Source: an uncultured delta proteobacterium (lineage in GTDB: Bacteria; Myxococcota_A; Polyangia; Polyangiales; Polyangiaceae). From it: a stretch of 64,000 bases of DNA. This document shows, piece after piece, positions 39,440 through 49,669 of this stretch. The stretch lies in contig CAWDXG010000001.1 of NCBI GenBank assembly GCA_963806225.1, positions 1,696,001-1,760,000 on the forward strand, written 5' to 3'. The first letter of the stretch is position 1; every line of letters starts with the position of its first letter. Under the pieces are notes generated by a model. The model did not search any database, had not been told where the DNA came from, and saw nothing but the letters and a program-made list of their open reading frames with translations. A program made the position numbers and the translations under genes.

Positions 39440-41389
39440 GTGCTGCCGCCGAATCGAAGACATCGAAGGGGCGCCGCAGTACGAAGCCTAGACCTCCAGG
39501 CGACGGTCGACCTCGACGTACGCGCGCACGAACAGGACGTGCACCTGGTACATGCCAAGACGCGCAACCTGGAGATCTCCGGACGCGCGACACAGGCCGC
39601 CACCCCGGACGCGACGCTTCGTACGCGTCTGGGCACCCAGCTCGCGGAATGGCTATCCTCGAATGCAATGCCCCGTGATCAACGAAGCGATACCCACGCG
39701 CTGAAGGACGTGAGCCTCGAACGCGATCGCGCCAAGCAGTCGCTGCGCGTGAGCGAACAGCGCTTCCGGCTGCTGCTGGAGAGCGTCCGCGACTACGCCA
39801 TCTTCATGCTCGATGCAGACGGCCACGTCATGACCTGGAATCCCGGTGCCGAGCGCATGACGGGTTACTCCGAGCAGGAGATCCTCGGCAGACACTTCTC
39901 GTGCTTCTACCCCGACGAGGCCGCCGACCGGGACTGGCCCGAAGAAGAGCTCAGACGGGCGCTGCGCGACGGGCGCTTCGAGGACGAGGGATGGAGGGTG
40001 CGGAGCGACGGTTCGCAGTACTGGTCCAACGTCGTCATCACTCCGATGTATGAAGACGGCAGGCTACAGGGCTTTGCCAAGGTCACTCGCGACCTGACCG
40101 AGCGCCGTCGCATCGAGCAGAAAGTCGAAGCGGCCCGGGACGAGCTCGAGCAACGCGTGCAGGACCGCACGCAGGATCTGGCCCGCGCCAACGCGGCGCT
40201 CGCTCGCGAAAACGCCGAGCGCCGCCAGCTGGAGGCGGACCTCAAGCAGTTGGTGCGTGAGCTCACGGAACGCGATCGGCAGAAGAATGTCTTTCTCGCC
40301 ACGCTCGCCCACGAGCTCCGGAACCCGCTGGCGCCAATCCGTAGCGCGCACCAGGTACTCGAACGCCTCGTCGGCAGATCCGGCGACGCGAGGCATGCCC
40401 TCGAAGTCATCGATCGGCAGCTATTGCAGCTCACGCGGCTCATCAGTGACCTTCTGGACCTCTCGCGCATCACGTCGGGCAAGCTCGAGCTCCAGCGCGA
40501 GCCGGCCACGGTCGAATCGGTGCTGCAGGCAGCTCTGGAGACCAAGCAACCGCTGATCGCGGCCGAGTCACTGCATGTGGAGCTATCGTTGCCGGGAGAG
40601 CAGCTCTGGGTCCACGGCGATCCACTGCGGCTCGCGCAGGTCTTCGCCAACCTGCTCGACAACGCCGTCAAGTTCACGCCGCCAGGCGGAGACCTCCAGA
40701 TCGAGGCCCAGCGTGACGCCGATACCGTGGAAATCCGCGTCGTCGATTCCGGCGTCGGCATCGCGCCCACGCTTCTGCCGGAGGTGTTCGACATGTTCCG
40801 CCAGGGCGGTGGCGCAGGCGGCGCGCCGAAGGCCGGCCTTGGCATCGGGCTTACCCTGTCGAAGCAGATCGTGGAGCTGCATGCCGGCACCATCCGCGCG
40901 GAAAGCGGAGGCGAGGGGCAGGGCAGTACGTTCTCGGTCACGCTGCCACTCCGCGAAGCCCCCAGGCACTCTTCCAGCCCGTCCCACCCAGACAGAATCT
41001 CGCTGAGCGGACATCGCGTGCTGGTTGTCGACGACAACCCCGACTCGGTGGAGATGCTGCGTGCCCTGCTCTCCATGATGGGTGCCGAGGTCGAGACGGC
41101 CATCGATGGCCGCTCGGCGATCGAGCTCGCCGAGCGCTTCCGTCCGACAACCGTGCTGTTGGATATCGGCATGCCCGAGCTCGACGGCTACGAGACCGCA
41201 CGCCACATGCGACAGACCAGCTGGGGGCGCACTGTGGAGCTCGTTGCGGTCACCGGATGGGGTCAGTCCGAGGATCGCGACCGCACCGCCGAAGCTGGCT
41301 TCGACCGCCATCTCGTCAAGCCGGTCGAGATGAGCGAGCTGTTCTCGTTGTTCGAACCGGCTTCCAGGCGGGGCTCCGGGGCTTCGTGA
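39440..41389 (+). CDS. PAS-domain hybrid sensor histidine kinase/response regulator (start uncertain, possibly 39668)
   Basis: DYAIFMLD..WNPGAE PAS, LAHELRNPL H-box, NLLDNAVKFT, DSGVGI, GLGIGL; receiver VVDDN, LLDIGMP, KP. Confidence 0.92.
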   Translation: MLPPNRRHRRGAAVRSLDLQATVDLDVRAHEQDVHLVHAKTRNLEISGRATQAATPDATLRTRLGTQLAEWLSSNAMPRDQRSDTHALKDVSLERDRAKQSLRVSEQRFRLLLESVRDYAIFMLDADGHVMTWNPGAERMTGYSEQEILGRHFSCFYPDEAADRDWPEEELRRALRDGRFEDEGWRVRSDGSQYWSNVVITPMYEDGRLQGFAKVTRDLTERRRIEQKVEAARDELEQRVQDRTQDLARANAALARENAERRQLEADLKQLVRELTERDRQKNVFLATLAHELRNPLAPIRSAHQVLERLVGRSGDARHALEVIDRQLLQLTRLISDLLDLSRITSGKLELQREPATVESVLQAALETKQPLIAAESLHVELSLPGEQLWVHGDPLRLAQVFANLLDNAVKFTPPGGDLQIEAQRDADTVEIRVVDSGVGIAPTLLPEVFDMFRQGGGAGGAPKAGLGIGLTLSKQIVELHAGTIRAESGGEGQGSTFSVTLPLREAPRHSSSPSHPDRISLSGHRVLVVDDNPDSVEMLRALLSMMGAEVETAIDGRSAIELAERFRPTTVLLDIGMPELDGYETARHMRQTSWGRTVELVAVTGWGQSEDRDRTAEAGFDRHLVKPVEMSELFSLFEPASRRGSGAS

Positions 41390-41449
41390 GTATGTCGCCA
41401 GCAGCGCCGCGAGGTCTCCGGCGACAGCTGCGTTTCGGCGAAAGAGAAG

Positions 41450-41640
41450 CGCGGACTTCGCGAGCTACGACGGCGTGTTGCAGATCGGAGTGCCGCCACT
41501 CCGTGTCGACATCTTGAATCGCGCCGACGGAATCACGTTCGACGAGGCCGCCGCGGACGGCGACGCATTCGAGTTGGGTGGACGCACGATCCCGGTGATG
41601 GTCGCGCGGCTCGATGAGCAGCACCTCGACGAGTCGCGCG
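41450..41640 (+). pseudogene. Internal fragment of a nucleotidyltransferase-like (DUF6036-type) gene
   Basis: ADFASYDGVLQIGVPPLRVDILNRADGITFDEA...GRTIPV; no N-terminus, and it runs into the tandem repeat. Confidence 0.5.
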
Positions 41641-41643
41641 CGG

Positions 41644-41911
41644 AGGGCGACACAGCGGAGGACATAACCGGTTATGTCCGCGGAAATGTCGGCGCGGGGC
41701 CGCGTGGGCGCGCGTAGGGCGACACAGCGGAGGACATAACCGGTTATGTCCGCGGAAATGTCGGCGCGGGGCCGCGTGGGCGCGCGTAGGGCGACACAGC
41801 GGAGGACATAACCGGTTATGTCCGCGGAAATGTCGGCGCGGGGCCGCGTGGGCGCGCGCAGGGCGACACAGCGGAGGACATAACCGGTTATGTCCGTGGA
41901 AATGTCGGCGC
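41644..41911. repeat. 72-bp tandem repeat (about 3.7 copies) with a perfect 20-bp palindrome
   Basis: Units start at 41644, 41716, 41788 and 41860; each contains GGACATAACCGGTTATGTCC. Confidence 0.97.
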
Positions 41912-42123
41912 ACGGCGTGCTCGCAGAGGACGCCGAACAATGCGGGCGCGCGTCTAGCGCCGGAACGCGACGTTGAGATCGATGACGGCCGGCTGTAAGC
42001 CGTTGTGTTTTGGAGTCACGAAACCCGTCGGGACATCCTGATCGCCGAACGCCGGGTAGTAGTCGGTAGATGCCGTCGTGGAGCGGCGTAACAGGGCTCG
42101 CGGCGAGGCGTCGCCGGATAGGC

Positions 42124-42795
42124 CTATTCGGGCTTCTCGACCACGTAGAACACGAACGGCCACAGCGGCACGCCGAAGTGCTTTTCCGTGACCACACGGG
42201 CTCCGGCCTCGCGGAGCGCAGGCAGCGTGGACACCGCACGGCATCCCATGCTGAGCCACGGGATGCGCCAGACCACGTTCTCCACCGCCGACGCCACCCA
42301 GCGCACGACACCGCTCTGGGGCTCTGTCGAGTGGGCGACGGCGAGGCGAGCGCCACGCTTGAGCACGCGGTACAGTTCCAGCACTCCAGCGGCCGGGTCG
42401 TACAGAGGGCACACGCTGTACGTCGAGAGCACCGCGTCGAAGCTCTCGTCGTCGAACGGGAGCTTGAGCATGTCGCCCTCCACGAACTCCATGCGATCGA
42501 CCAGGCCGGCCTCCTCCGCCTTGCGCTTCGCCTCATCGAGCATGCCCAGACTGAGATCGAGGACAACGACGTGCCCCTTCGGCCCTGTCGCCCGCGCCGC
42601 GCGGAGCGCGGTGGACCCGGTGCCGCCGCCGGCGTCGAGCACTCGATCCCCGGAGTGCACGCCGTGCGTGACGACAAGCTCGCGGCCCCGGTCGTCGGAT
42701 TTGAGCGTCTCGAGGCTGTGTTGCAGGTCGTAGACGCGCGCTTTGCGATCGTACAGGGACTTCACGCGTGCCGGATCGAGCGCGGCTTTCGTCAT
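42124..42795 (-). CDS. Class I SAM-dependent methyltransferase (UbiE-like)
   Basis: VLDAGGGTG, LDLSLGML, GDMLKLPFDDESFDAV and ELYRVLKRG. Confidence 0.88.
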   Translation of the reverse strand: MTKAALDPARVKSLYDRKARVYDLQHSLETLKSDDRGRELVVTHGVHSGDRVLDAGGGTGSTALRAARATGPKGHVVVLDLSLGMLDEAKRKAEEAGLVDRMEFVEGDMLKLPFDDESFDAVLSTYSVCPLYDPAAGVLELYRVLKRGARLAVAHSTEPQSGVVRWVASAVENVVWRIPWLSMGCRAVSTLPALREAGARVVTEKHFGVPLWPFVFYVVEKPE

Positions 42796-43039
42796 GGCAG
42801 ACCTCCACTGCGATCTTCGGTTCTTCGCGCCCACAGCCCCATGACGCCGGTCAGCTTGGCACGGCGCGGACGGCGCTCCCCGCCGCGGCGACCCGGGAGT
42901 TCCCCATGAAATAGTGCAGGCGTCGCGCCGCTGTGGGCGTTATGCTGGGAGTTCGCGTCAGGCATGTGCTGCCCGGCGTCGGATGATGGGCCGGCGGGCC
43001 CCGGGAGGGCTTGTGACTTCACTTGGATCGCGGGTTTCG

Positions 43040-44197
43040 ATGGCGCTGGTGCTGGCCGGCGGCGTAGCGGTCGCCTGCGGCGGCAGCGTCACGACGGGCG
43101 GCGTCGGCGGCACGGGCGGTCAGGGCGCCACCGGCGGCCATGCCGGATACCCCGGCACGGGCGGCGTCGGCGGCTACGCCGGATACCCCGGCACGGGCGG
43201 CGTCGGCGGCTACGGCGGAAGCAACTGCGCGTCGGATCACTCGTCGTGCGTCCTGCCTCCGCCACCCAGCTCCAAGCCGCCGAACACGAGTGGAACCAAG
43301 ACGGTGATTGCGATCAGCAAGCTCTTCCTGGGCGAGACCAACCAGCAGGGGCAGCCCGACCCGACCGCCTGGAAGTCCATCGGCTACAACCTCGATGGTC
43401 TGGTCTCGAAACCCTCGGACACGAACCACTGCATGCCCGTTGTCGGCGCCAATCCACAGGACGTGAAGACCGACGGCAACGGCGGCATCGACAACTCGTA
43501 CGGCGAGAACCTGCTTCCCCTGATCACGTCCCTGTCTCCCGATCCCTCTGCGACGACAAACCAGTCGATCGCCAGCGGCGCTCTTACCGATCTGTTCAGG
43601 CTGGACAATCTCACGCTCGCTCCGGACCAGAATGGCGTCTCCGGCGCGCTCTACGGCGGCGCGAACAAGGGCTCGCCCGCTCTCTTCAACGGCACGGACG
43701 TGTGGCCCGTCACGTACGAGTCGGTGACGAACGGCAACATCAACGCGCCCAGGGTGACCTTCCCCAAGAGCTACGTCGTCAACAACGTCTGGGTGTCCGG
43801 CACGAAGGCGAGTATTGTTCTCCCGCTCGGGTTGCTGGGCGGGGACGTGCAGACGCGGATCACGCGCGCCATCGTCAGCATGCAGCTCAAGGGAGTCGGG
43901 ACGAACGCCATCGCCGTCCACGGCACCATCGCCGGCATCATCAACACGGAAGCGTTCATCGCCCAGCTCAAGAAGGTCGCTGGCTCGTTCGACTCGAGCC
44001 TGTGCAGCGGGGCCACGTTCGACAGCATCGCCCAGCAGATCCGCGCGGCCAGCGACATCATGTCCGACGGAAGCAACGGCGACCCGAGCAAGACCTGCGA
44101 CGCGATCAGCGTGGGGATCGGCTTCGACGGCTCGGGAGTATCGCTGGGCAAGGTGGCAGCGCCGGCTACCCCTCTGCCGGATCCATGCGCGCCGTGA
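43040..44197 (+). CDS. Hypothetical lipoprotein (start may be about 42984)
   Basis: Lipobox AVAC, GYPGTGGVGGY repeats, GYNLDG, DGNGGIDN and CDAISVGIGF. Confidence 0.75.
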   Translation: MALVLAGGVAVACGGSVTTGGVGGTGGQGATGGHAGYPGTGGVGGYAGYPGTGGVGGYGGSNCASDHSSCVLPPPPSSKPPNTSGTKTVIAISKLFLGETNQQGQPDPTAWKSIGYNLDGLVSKPSDTNHCMPVVGANPQDVKTDGNGGIDNSYGENLLPLITSLSPDPSATTNQSIASGALTDLFRLDNLTLAPDQNGVSGALYGGANKGSPALFNGTDVWPVTYESVTNGNINAPRVTFPKSYVVNNVWVSGTKASIVLPLGLLGGDVQTRITRAIVSMQLKGVGTNAIAVHGTIAGIINTEAFIAQLKKVAGSFDSSLCSGATFDSIAQQIRAASDIMSDGSNGDPSKTCDAISVGIGFDGSGVSLGKVAAPATPLPDPCAP

Positions 44198-44356
44198 GCG
44201 CGCTCACCGTCTCGCATTCGTAGGGCGGCTCGCCGGCGGTGGCAGGCCCGGCCTGGGCCGCACGACGCCGTGCGCGCGGGTCACACCTCGTGTAGCCAGG
44301 GCAGCACAGCCAGACGCCCCGGGTTGGAACCTGGTACATTTCCGCGTTGTTCCTCA

Positions 44357-44372
44357 TGGCACGCTGCTTGCT
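44357..44372 (+). promoter_or_regulatory. Sigma54 (-24/-12) promoter
   Basis: TGGCACG-CTGC-TTGCT, an exact consensus match, 13 nt from the -12 C to the ATG at 44385. Confidence 0.7.
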
Positions 44373-44384
44373 GGGTGAGGGTGC

Positions 44385-45089
44385 ATGCCTTGCTTCCGCG
44401 CCCGCCATGCCGCCGGCGCTGCCATGGTGCTTGCGCTGTGCGGCGGATCGCGGGCGGCGCTCGCAGAGCCCACGCTCTCGCCCGACGAGCTGCCGCCTCC
44501 TGGCGAGTACACTCCGCTACCGGGCAAGAGCGACGAGCCGGATGTGCGGATCCATCTGTCGCCTCGCCAGCCCGGGCTGTCGTACAGGGTCATCCCCGAG
44601 CGCGAGCAGAGCGAGGGGTCGCCCGACCGCTGCGAGGGCTCCTGCACGCTGTACCTGGCACCCGGCGACTACACCTTCGAGGTCTTCGACCACGGACGCC
44701 GCGTCGGCACCCAGATGGTGAGCGTGAAGTACGACGCCAATTGGTGGGTGAAACCCCAGAACCGCGCGCTCGAGTGGTTCGGACTGGGCTCGTTCGTCGT
44801 CGGCTCGGCGGCAGCTGGCGCGGGCGTGTTCCTGATGGGGCAAGGTGTGATGGACTCGATGTGCGAGGACAGCTCCTGCGCGACCCATCAGAACGACTTC
44901 GCGATCGGATTCGGACTGGGGATTGCCGGCGCGGTGTTGATGCCGGTCGGCTGGCACCTGTTCTGGCCCAACCGCCAGCCGATCGTCGGGGTGCACAAGG
45001 TCGACAAGACGGGCTGGACCCACCGGGTGCGCGTCGGCGCCGCGCCGACGGACGGGGGCGCGCGCTTCGCTCTGGGCTGGACGTTCTGA
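44385..45089 (+). CDS. Hypothetical secreted/membrane protein
   Basis: Signal ending ALA-E, CEGSC domain, two hydrophobic helices and terminal LGWTF. Confidence 0.65.
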   Translation: MPCFRARHAAGAAMVLALCGGSRAALAEPTLSPDELPPPGEYTPLPGKSDEPDVRIHLSPRQPGLSYRVIPEREQSEGSPDRCEGSCTLYLAPGDYTFEVFDHGRRVGTQMVSVKYDANWWVKPQNRALEWFGLGSFVVGSAAAGAGVFLMGQGVMDSMCEDSSCATHQNDFAIGFGLGIAGAVLMPVGWHLFWPNRQPIVGVHKVDKTGWTHRVRVGAAPTDGGARFALGWTF

Positions 45090-45662
45090 GCCACCCGGCG
45101 CCGCCATCGACTGGCGCTTCCACAAGAACTGGTCGCTCCGCACCGAAGCCGGCAACGCCAGCACCGCCCTCCACCTGCTCTGGCACTATCGGTACTAGAG
45201 TTGCCCACTCGCGCTGCGCCGAGCGCCTAACGGCGCGTCAGTTCGACGGCTTCGTTGCGACGCGACGGGTGGCGATGATGATCAGCACCACATCGTCGCG
45301 CCACAACGTGTGCTGGTGCTCGAGGTCCACACTGAAAACCCGCGCCTCGGGGATCGCTAGAATTCCCGGATCACGGTGAGGCCGGCGCCGGTAGGTCCCG
45401 CGCTCGGGGTCAGCGCGGTGCGTTCGCTCGAGTGGCTGCTCAGGACGAGGGCCAGGCATCATCGGGGGGTGGCGTCGCGCATGCGCGAGTGGGCAGCATG
45501 CCTGTGGTGTTCACGGTCGCCGCGCTCGCCGCACCAGGCGAGCGCCGCCGCACGGTCCGGCGCACCGCGGGAACGCGGATGCCCGCCGACGACTGAAGGC
45601 GAACCGACGGATGTCACCCATGGTGCTACCCGCGATGACTTTGCGTGGTTAGGGTGATCCGT

Positions 45663-47430
45663 ATGAATCGCCGCACTCTCGTGGTCGGCTTCATAGGGGT
45701 GTGTTCCGCTCTCGCGTCGGCCTGCAAAGACGCCGGAGGCGGGGCGGGTGTTGGCGGAGCAGCGGGCAGCGGTGGCGCCACTCCCGATGCAGGCACCCCG
45801 GCGTGCACGCCGCTCGCGTGTCAGCCCGACACTTCGGTCGAACCCCCAGCTGGCGGAAACTACCGGAGCTTCAGCTACGCCGCCGGCGTGAGTGTCGGAG
45901 CGGTGGCGCTGTCAAACAACGGGCGGCGCATCGTCGTTGGAGACCAAGCTGGGCGTGTGCAGATGTTCGCGCACGACGGCGGCGGCACCCCGCTTTGGAC
46001 GTTCACGGCCGGGGACCCGCAGGCACAGTTCAACAGCGTGTCCATTTCCGCGTGATGGCACCACCACCGCCGCCACCGATGGCCTCACGTCCATCCACTT
46101 GTTCACCTGCGACAGCGGCACGCCCACCTGGACGTTCGATTCGCACGACGATACGGACGACTTCGTCGCCGTCGACGTCTCGAACGACGGCTGCCGCGTG
46201 GCCGCGGTCAGCAAGCGCAAGGTGTACCTGTTCGACCGGAGCAACTCGACGCCCGTCTCGGTGTACACCCCGAACGTCACCCAAGGCGGCTGGCTCACGA
46301 CGGTGGCCGTCTCGGGAAACGGCAGCCGCGTCGCGGCCGGCACGTGGATCACCGACAAGAGCGGAGCACAGATGTTCGTGTACGACGACCAGAACGAGCT
46401 CGGCACGTTCTCCACACCGTATGCGTTCCAGAGCTCCAACGCCGTGGCGATGCCTATCGCGATCTCCAACGACGGCAGCGTGATCGCCGCGGGTGGAGCC
46501 GACAAGAAGGTGCACTTCTTCTCCGGCTCGTTCACGCCCACGTGGAGCTACGACGCGGGCAGCGCCGAAGGCTCGGTGTGGTCCCTCGCCCTATCGGACG
46601 ATGGCAAGAAGCTGTTCGCCGCGAGCGGCCAGGACAGTGCCGCGATGTTCGAGGACACGACGACAAACACGCCCAGTTGGACCTACAACGGCAACTACGC
46701 GTCGCCTCATGCAACCGGCATCGGCTTGGTCGACCCCTACCAGGGCGGCTCGAACGCAGAAGGCGATTTCGGCATCGGCGCCTATCCCGGTACCGTCGCC
46801 CTCTCGGCGGATGGCAAGTACGCGATTGCCGGCGCCTGGAACAGCGGGAACCTGTTCGGAATGTACGGCAAGAAGAGCCGTCCCTTCCGCGTGTATCGCA
46901 CGACCAGCGACACGGATTCCATCAACGTGGCCGCCATCAGCGGAGATGGTTCGTGGATCGTCGCGGGGACCACCTTCGGCGAGGTGCTCGCGTGGGAGGT
47001 GGCGCCTGCGGTGATGATCGAGATCGGAACGCCGGTAACGGTGAACATCCCTTCCAACCCGGATGCCGGCGCGACGCTGGGACTCGGCGACGTGGACTTC
47101 GAGCGTACGCTGGTGAAGCCAGGGCGCGCGGCGAAGATGAAAGAGACCTGGGCGCTGTGGGCCGTCGTGGGCGGGGTACCGGTGCCACCGGAGGCTTCCT
47201 GGCTCGTCAGCTCTGGTGACTTCCAGCAGACCCACACCCGGGATCTTCCGAACGGCAACGTGGACGAGACCACGTCCGAGACAATGAAAACGCCTCAGGT
47301 GTGGCAGTCGGCGGTCTCGGCGATCACCGGCTTCATCCTGCGCGTATCCCTGGAGGACGACGGCAGCTCCAAGCTGACCAGTGACGAAGGCGCAGGCTTC
47401 GTCGACATCCAGGTCGGCGGCGGGCCCTGA
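45663..47430 (+). CDS. WD40/beta-propeller lipoprotein (frameshift near 46050)
   Basis: Lipobox ASAC; repeats VALSNNG, VDVSNDG, VAVSGNG, IAISNDG, LALSDDG, VALSADG and AAISGDG. Confidence 0.8.
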
Positions 47431-47668
47431 GCGTCGCCGTTCGTCTTCTTCCGGCCTCGTCGGATTGCATTCGTCACCAGGCGCAGGGGAACACGATGTC
47501 CGCAGACGACGTGAGCTTGCACTCGGGGGTCGTCATGCCCGAGCCATTCGCTTCGCACAGCTTCGTCGAGCCCCCGCTGGCCGCGCTCAAGCGGCTGCAG
47601 GGAGCGGTCGCGTTCCCGCAGCCGTTCGGCACAGCAACGCAGCGCTCCTCGCATGGGGTCAGGCGCCG

Positions 47669-48124
47669 TCAGGGCGACGGCTGCAGCTTGATCGTTACCG
47701 GCGTCTCCAGCGCGTGTCCGCAGCTGTCCGTCTGGTAGTGGTTCGAAAGCTGCTGGTCCACCGCGACGTAGCCTGTGCGCTCGATGTGGATCGTGGTGGT
47801 CGACCCGACCGTGCCAATGGGCGCGCGGTAGTAGCAATCGCCCTGCTTGGAATACGCGGAAGCCTGCGTGCCGCCTTCGCTCACCGTCGCATCGCAGATC
47901 AGCGCGCCGGTCGAGGCGTCCCGCACGCGGATCACGTACTCCGGCACGACGTACTCCGAAGTACAGCTCTTGATCGCGCACCCCTCGAGCGACGCGCACG
48001 AGCCCGCCAGCGCGACGACGCCGAAAACCAGCACTGTCCACCGCGCCCGGCGCCAAGCGGCCCTCGACTTCACATCCACCCCGAGCGTCATTCGCCGGAC
48101 CGCCACGCGCCTTGCGCCAAGCAT
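47669..48124 (-). CDS. Hypothetical lipoprotein (start uncertain)
   Basis: VLVFGVVALAGSC, IRVRDASTGALICDATV and IERTGY, a carboxypeptidase-regulatory-like beta domain. Confidence 0.55.
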   Translation of the reverse strand: MLGARRVAVRRMTLGVDVKSRAAWRRARWTVLVFGVVALAGSCASLEGCAIKSCTSEYVVPEYVIRVRDASTGALICDATVSEGGTQASAYSKQGDCYYRAPIGTVGSTTTIHIERTGYVAVDQQLSNHYQTDSCGHALETPVTIKLQPSP

Positions 48125-48439
48125 ACATCGAGTGTGACGCAGCGGCGGCGGTGGAACAAGTGGAAAGGGCGCAGCCGACCGCGAGCGCTACGATTCCCTG
48201 TGGAAGGAGCCGTGCCGCTACTCGTTCAACTTTGTATGGTGTCAAGGCCAAGGGGGTCGACTACGGGTACCCACGGGCACGTACTATCTCGCGAACACGA
48301 CGTGAGGTCCTGCCTTCCACGAGCTCGACTCCAATGGACAGGGCTCCGCGATCACCAACTACTGGCGTGACGCCCAGGGACACCACTTCGCGGCGTACGT
48401 CCGGGGCCGGAGCTCCGGTGGCCGCCGGGGCGCAATCCG

Positions 48440-49186
48440 TCAGATCACGGCGCCGATGTCGAGCGTCAGCATTCCGAAGAACCCGCTCGTCGCGTCGTTG
48501 GTGTCGGGCATGAGATCGGGCTGGAGCGTCGTGGCGCTCTGGTCCGTTACGATGTTGTACCCGGCCAGGGCACCTAGACCCAGCAGGAAGCCATTGCCGA
48601 AGACCCAGCGATAGCCGCCTTCGGCGCCCAGGACGAGGTGGGAGCTATCGTACTTGTACGAGTTGCCCGCCTGTTCCTCCCACTTCCCATACAGTGCCAC
48701 GCCGCCGATGTAGCCTCCGCGCAGGTTGCCGTCTGTGCCGAAGTAGTAGCGGAGGCCGGGGCCCGCGAAGGCCGAGAAGTTCAGCTTGTCGGGGGAGGCT
48801 ACGACGTAGGACAGCGCGCCGCTGTTGAGGAACAGCACACGGGCATTGAACGCGACGTGGCTGCCGTACTCGAAGGTTGGTGACAGCCCGAACTGAAGCA
48901 CGCCCAGCGCATTGACGAACAACCCGACGTGCGCATCGCGCGCCCCGACGTCCTCGCCGCCCGAGCCCGCGCCAGCGGCAGAGTTGGCGGCCGTAGGGGT
49001 CTGTGTCAGCTCGGAGCTATAGGTCGCCGGCGGAGCCGCAGCTGGCGCAGCAGGGGCGGGGGCTGGCGCGGCAGGGGCCGGGGCTGGCGCGGCAGGGGGC
49101 GGCGCGGGCGCCGGACCGGGCTGTGCCTGCGCCGTTGCCGCGACAACGAGGGGCAGGACCGACAGCAGAGCGGGGGACCAACGCAT
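48440..49186 (-). CDS. Probable small outer-membrane beta-barrel protein
   Basis: Signal ending AQA-Q, (PA)n linker, GPGLRYYF, GGYRWVFGNGFLLGLG. Confidence 0.65.
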   Translation of the reverse strand: MRWSPALLSVLPLVVAATAQAQPGPAPAPPPAAPAPAPAAPAPAPAAPAAAPPATYSSELTQTPTAANSAAGAGSGGEDVGARDAHVGLFVNALGVLQFGLSPTFEYGSHVAFNARVLFLNSGALSYVVASPDKLNFSAFAGPGLRYYFGTDGNLRGGYIGGVALYGKWEEQAGNSYKYDSSHLVLGAEGGYRWVFGNGFLLGLGALAGYNIVTDQSATTLQPDLMPDTNDATSGFFGMLTLDIGAVI

Positions 49187-49669
49187 CGTTTTCTCCCTCC
49201 CGAGCACCATTGATGGAGATCAGAGCCAACCCCGTGATGGCTGCAACCTCTTGCCTCCAGCCTGGCACCGCAGTCAATAGTCAAATCGTCGAACGTTCGA
49301 GCTGTCCGTGGGTGAGCCCATCGCGCGCTTGCGCTGCGTGAGCAACAGCCGAGTGCGCGCGACGACGGGGCGCGCGAGCTAGCGACAACGAACGACGAGC
49401 TCTTCAAGCTAGTGCACGTCGAGCTTGTCGTAGATGGACCGGATCTGGTTTCGCACCGTGTTTATGAAGGTGCCGCGCTCCCTGGCAATGTCAGTGGGCC
49501 GTGCACCACGGATCAGACTTCGCGCGACGCGCCGCTCGGCCGCCGTGATCGTTCCAGCCAGCGCCTTCTGCTCCGATCACGCGCCCAGCTCGGCCCACTC
49601 GCTGCTAGGCCGATCGCGCTAGATCGGGAGGCGTTGCAGGGTCGGGCCGCGGAGCGGTACCATCGCAGG

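Noticed and set aside
41644..41911. CRISPR array
   Set aside because: The sequences between the palindromes are identical apart from one base, so there are no unique spacers, and no cas genes are in the window
41316..42677. 453-aa minus-strand ORF containing DITGYV repeats as a real protein
   Set aside because: It overlaps the methyltransferase out of frame; the open frame follows from the 72-nt period and high GC
45224..45275. GCCTAAC as an integron attC start, implying the accessory zone is a cassette array
   Set aside because: No matching GTTRRRY partner or repeated attC-like hairpins seen, gene orientations are mixed, and there is no integrase
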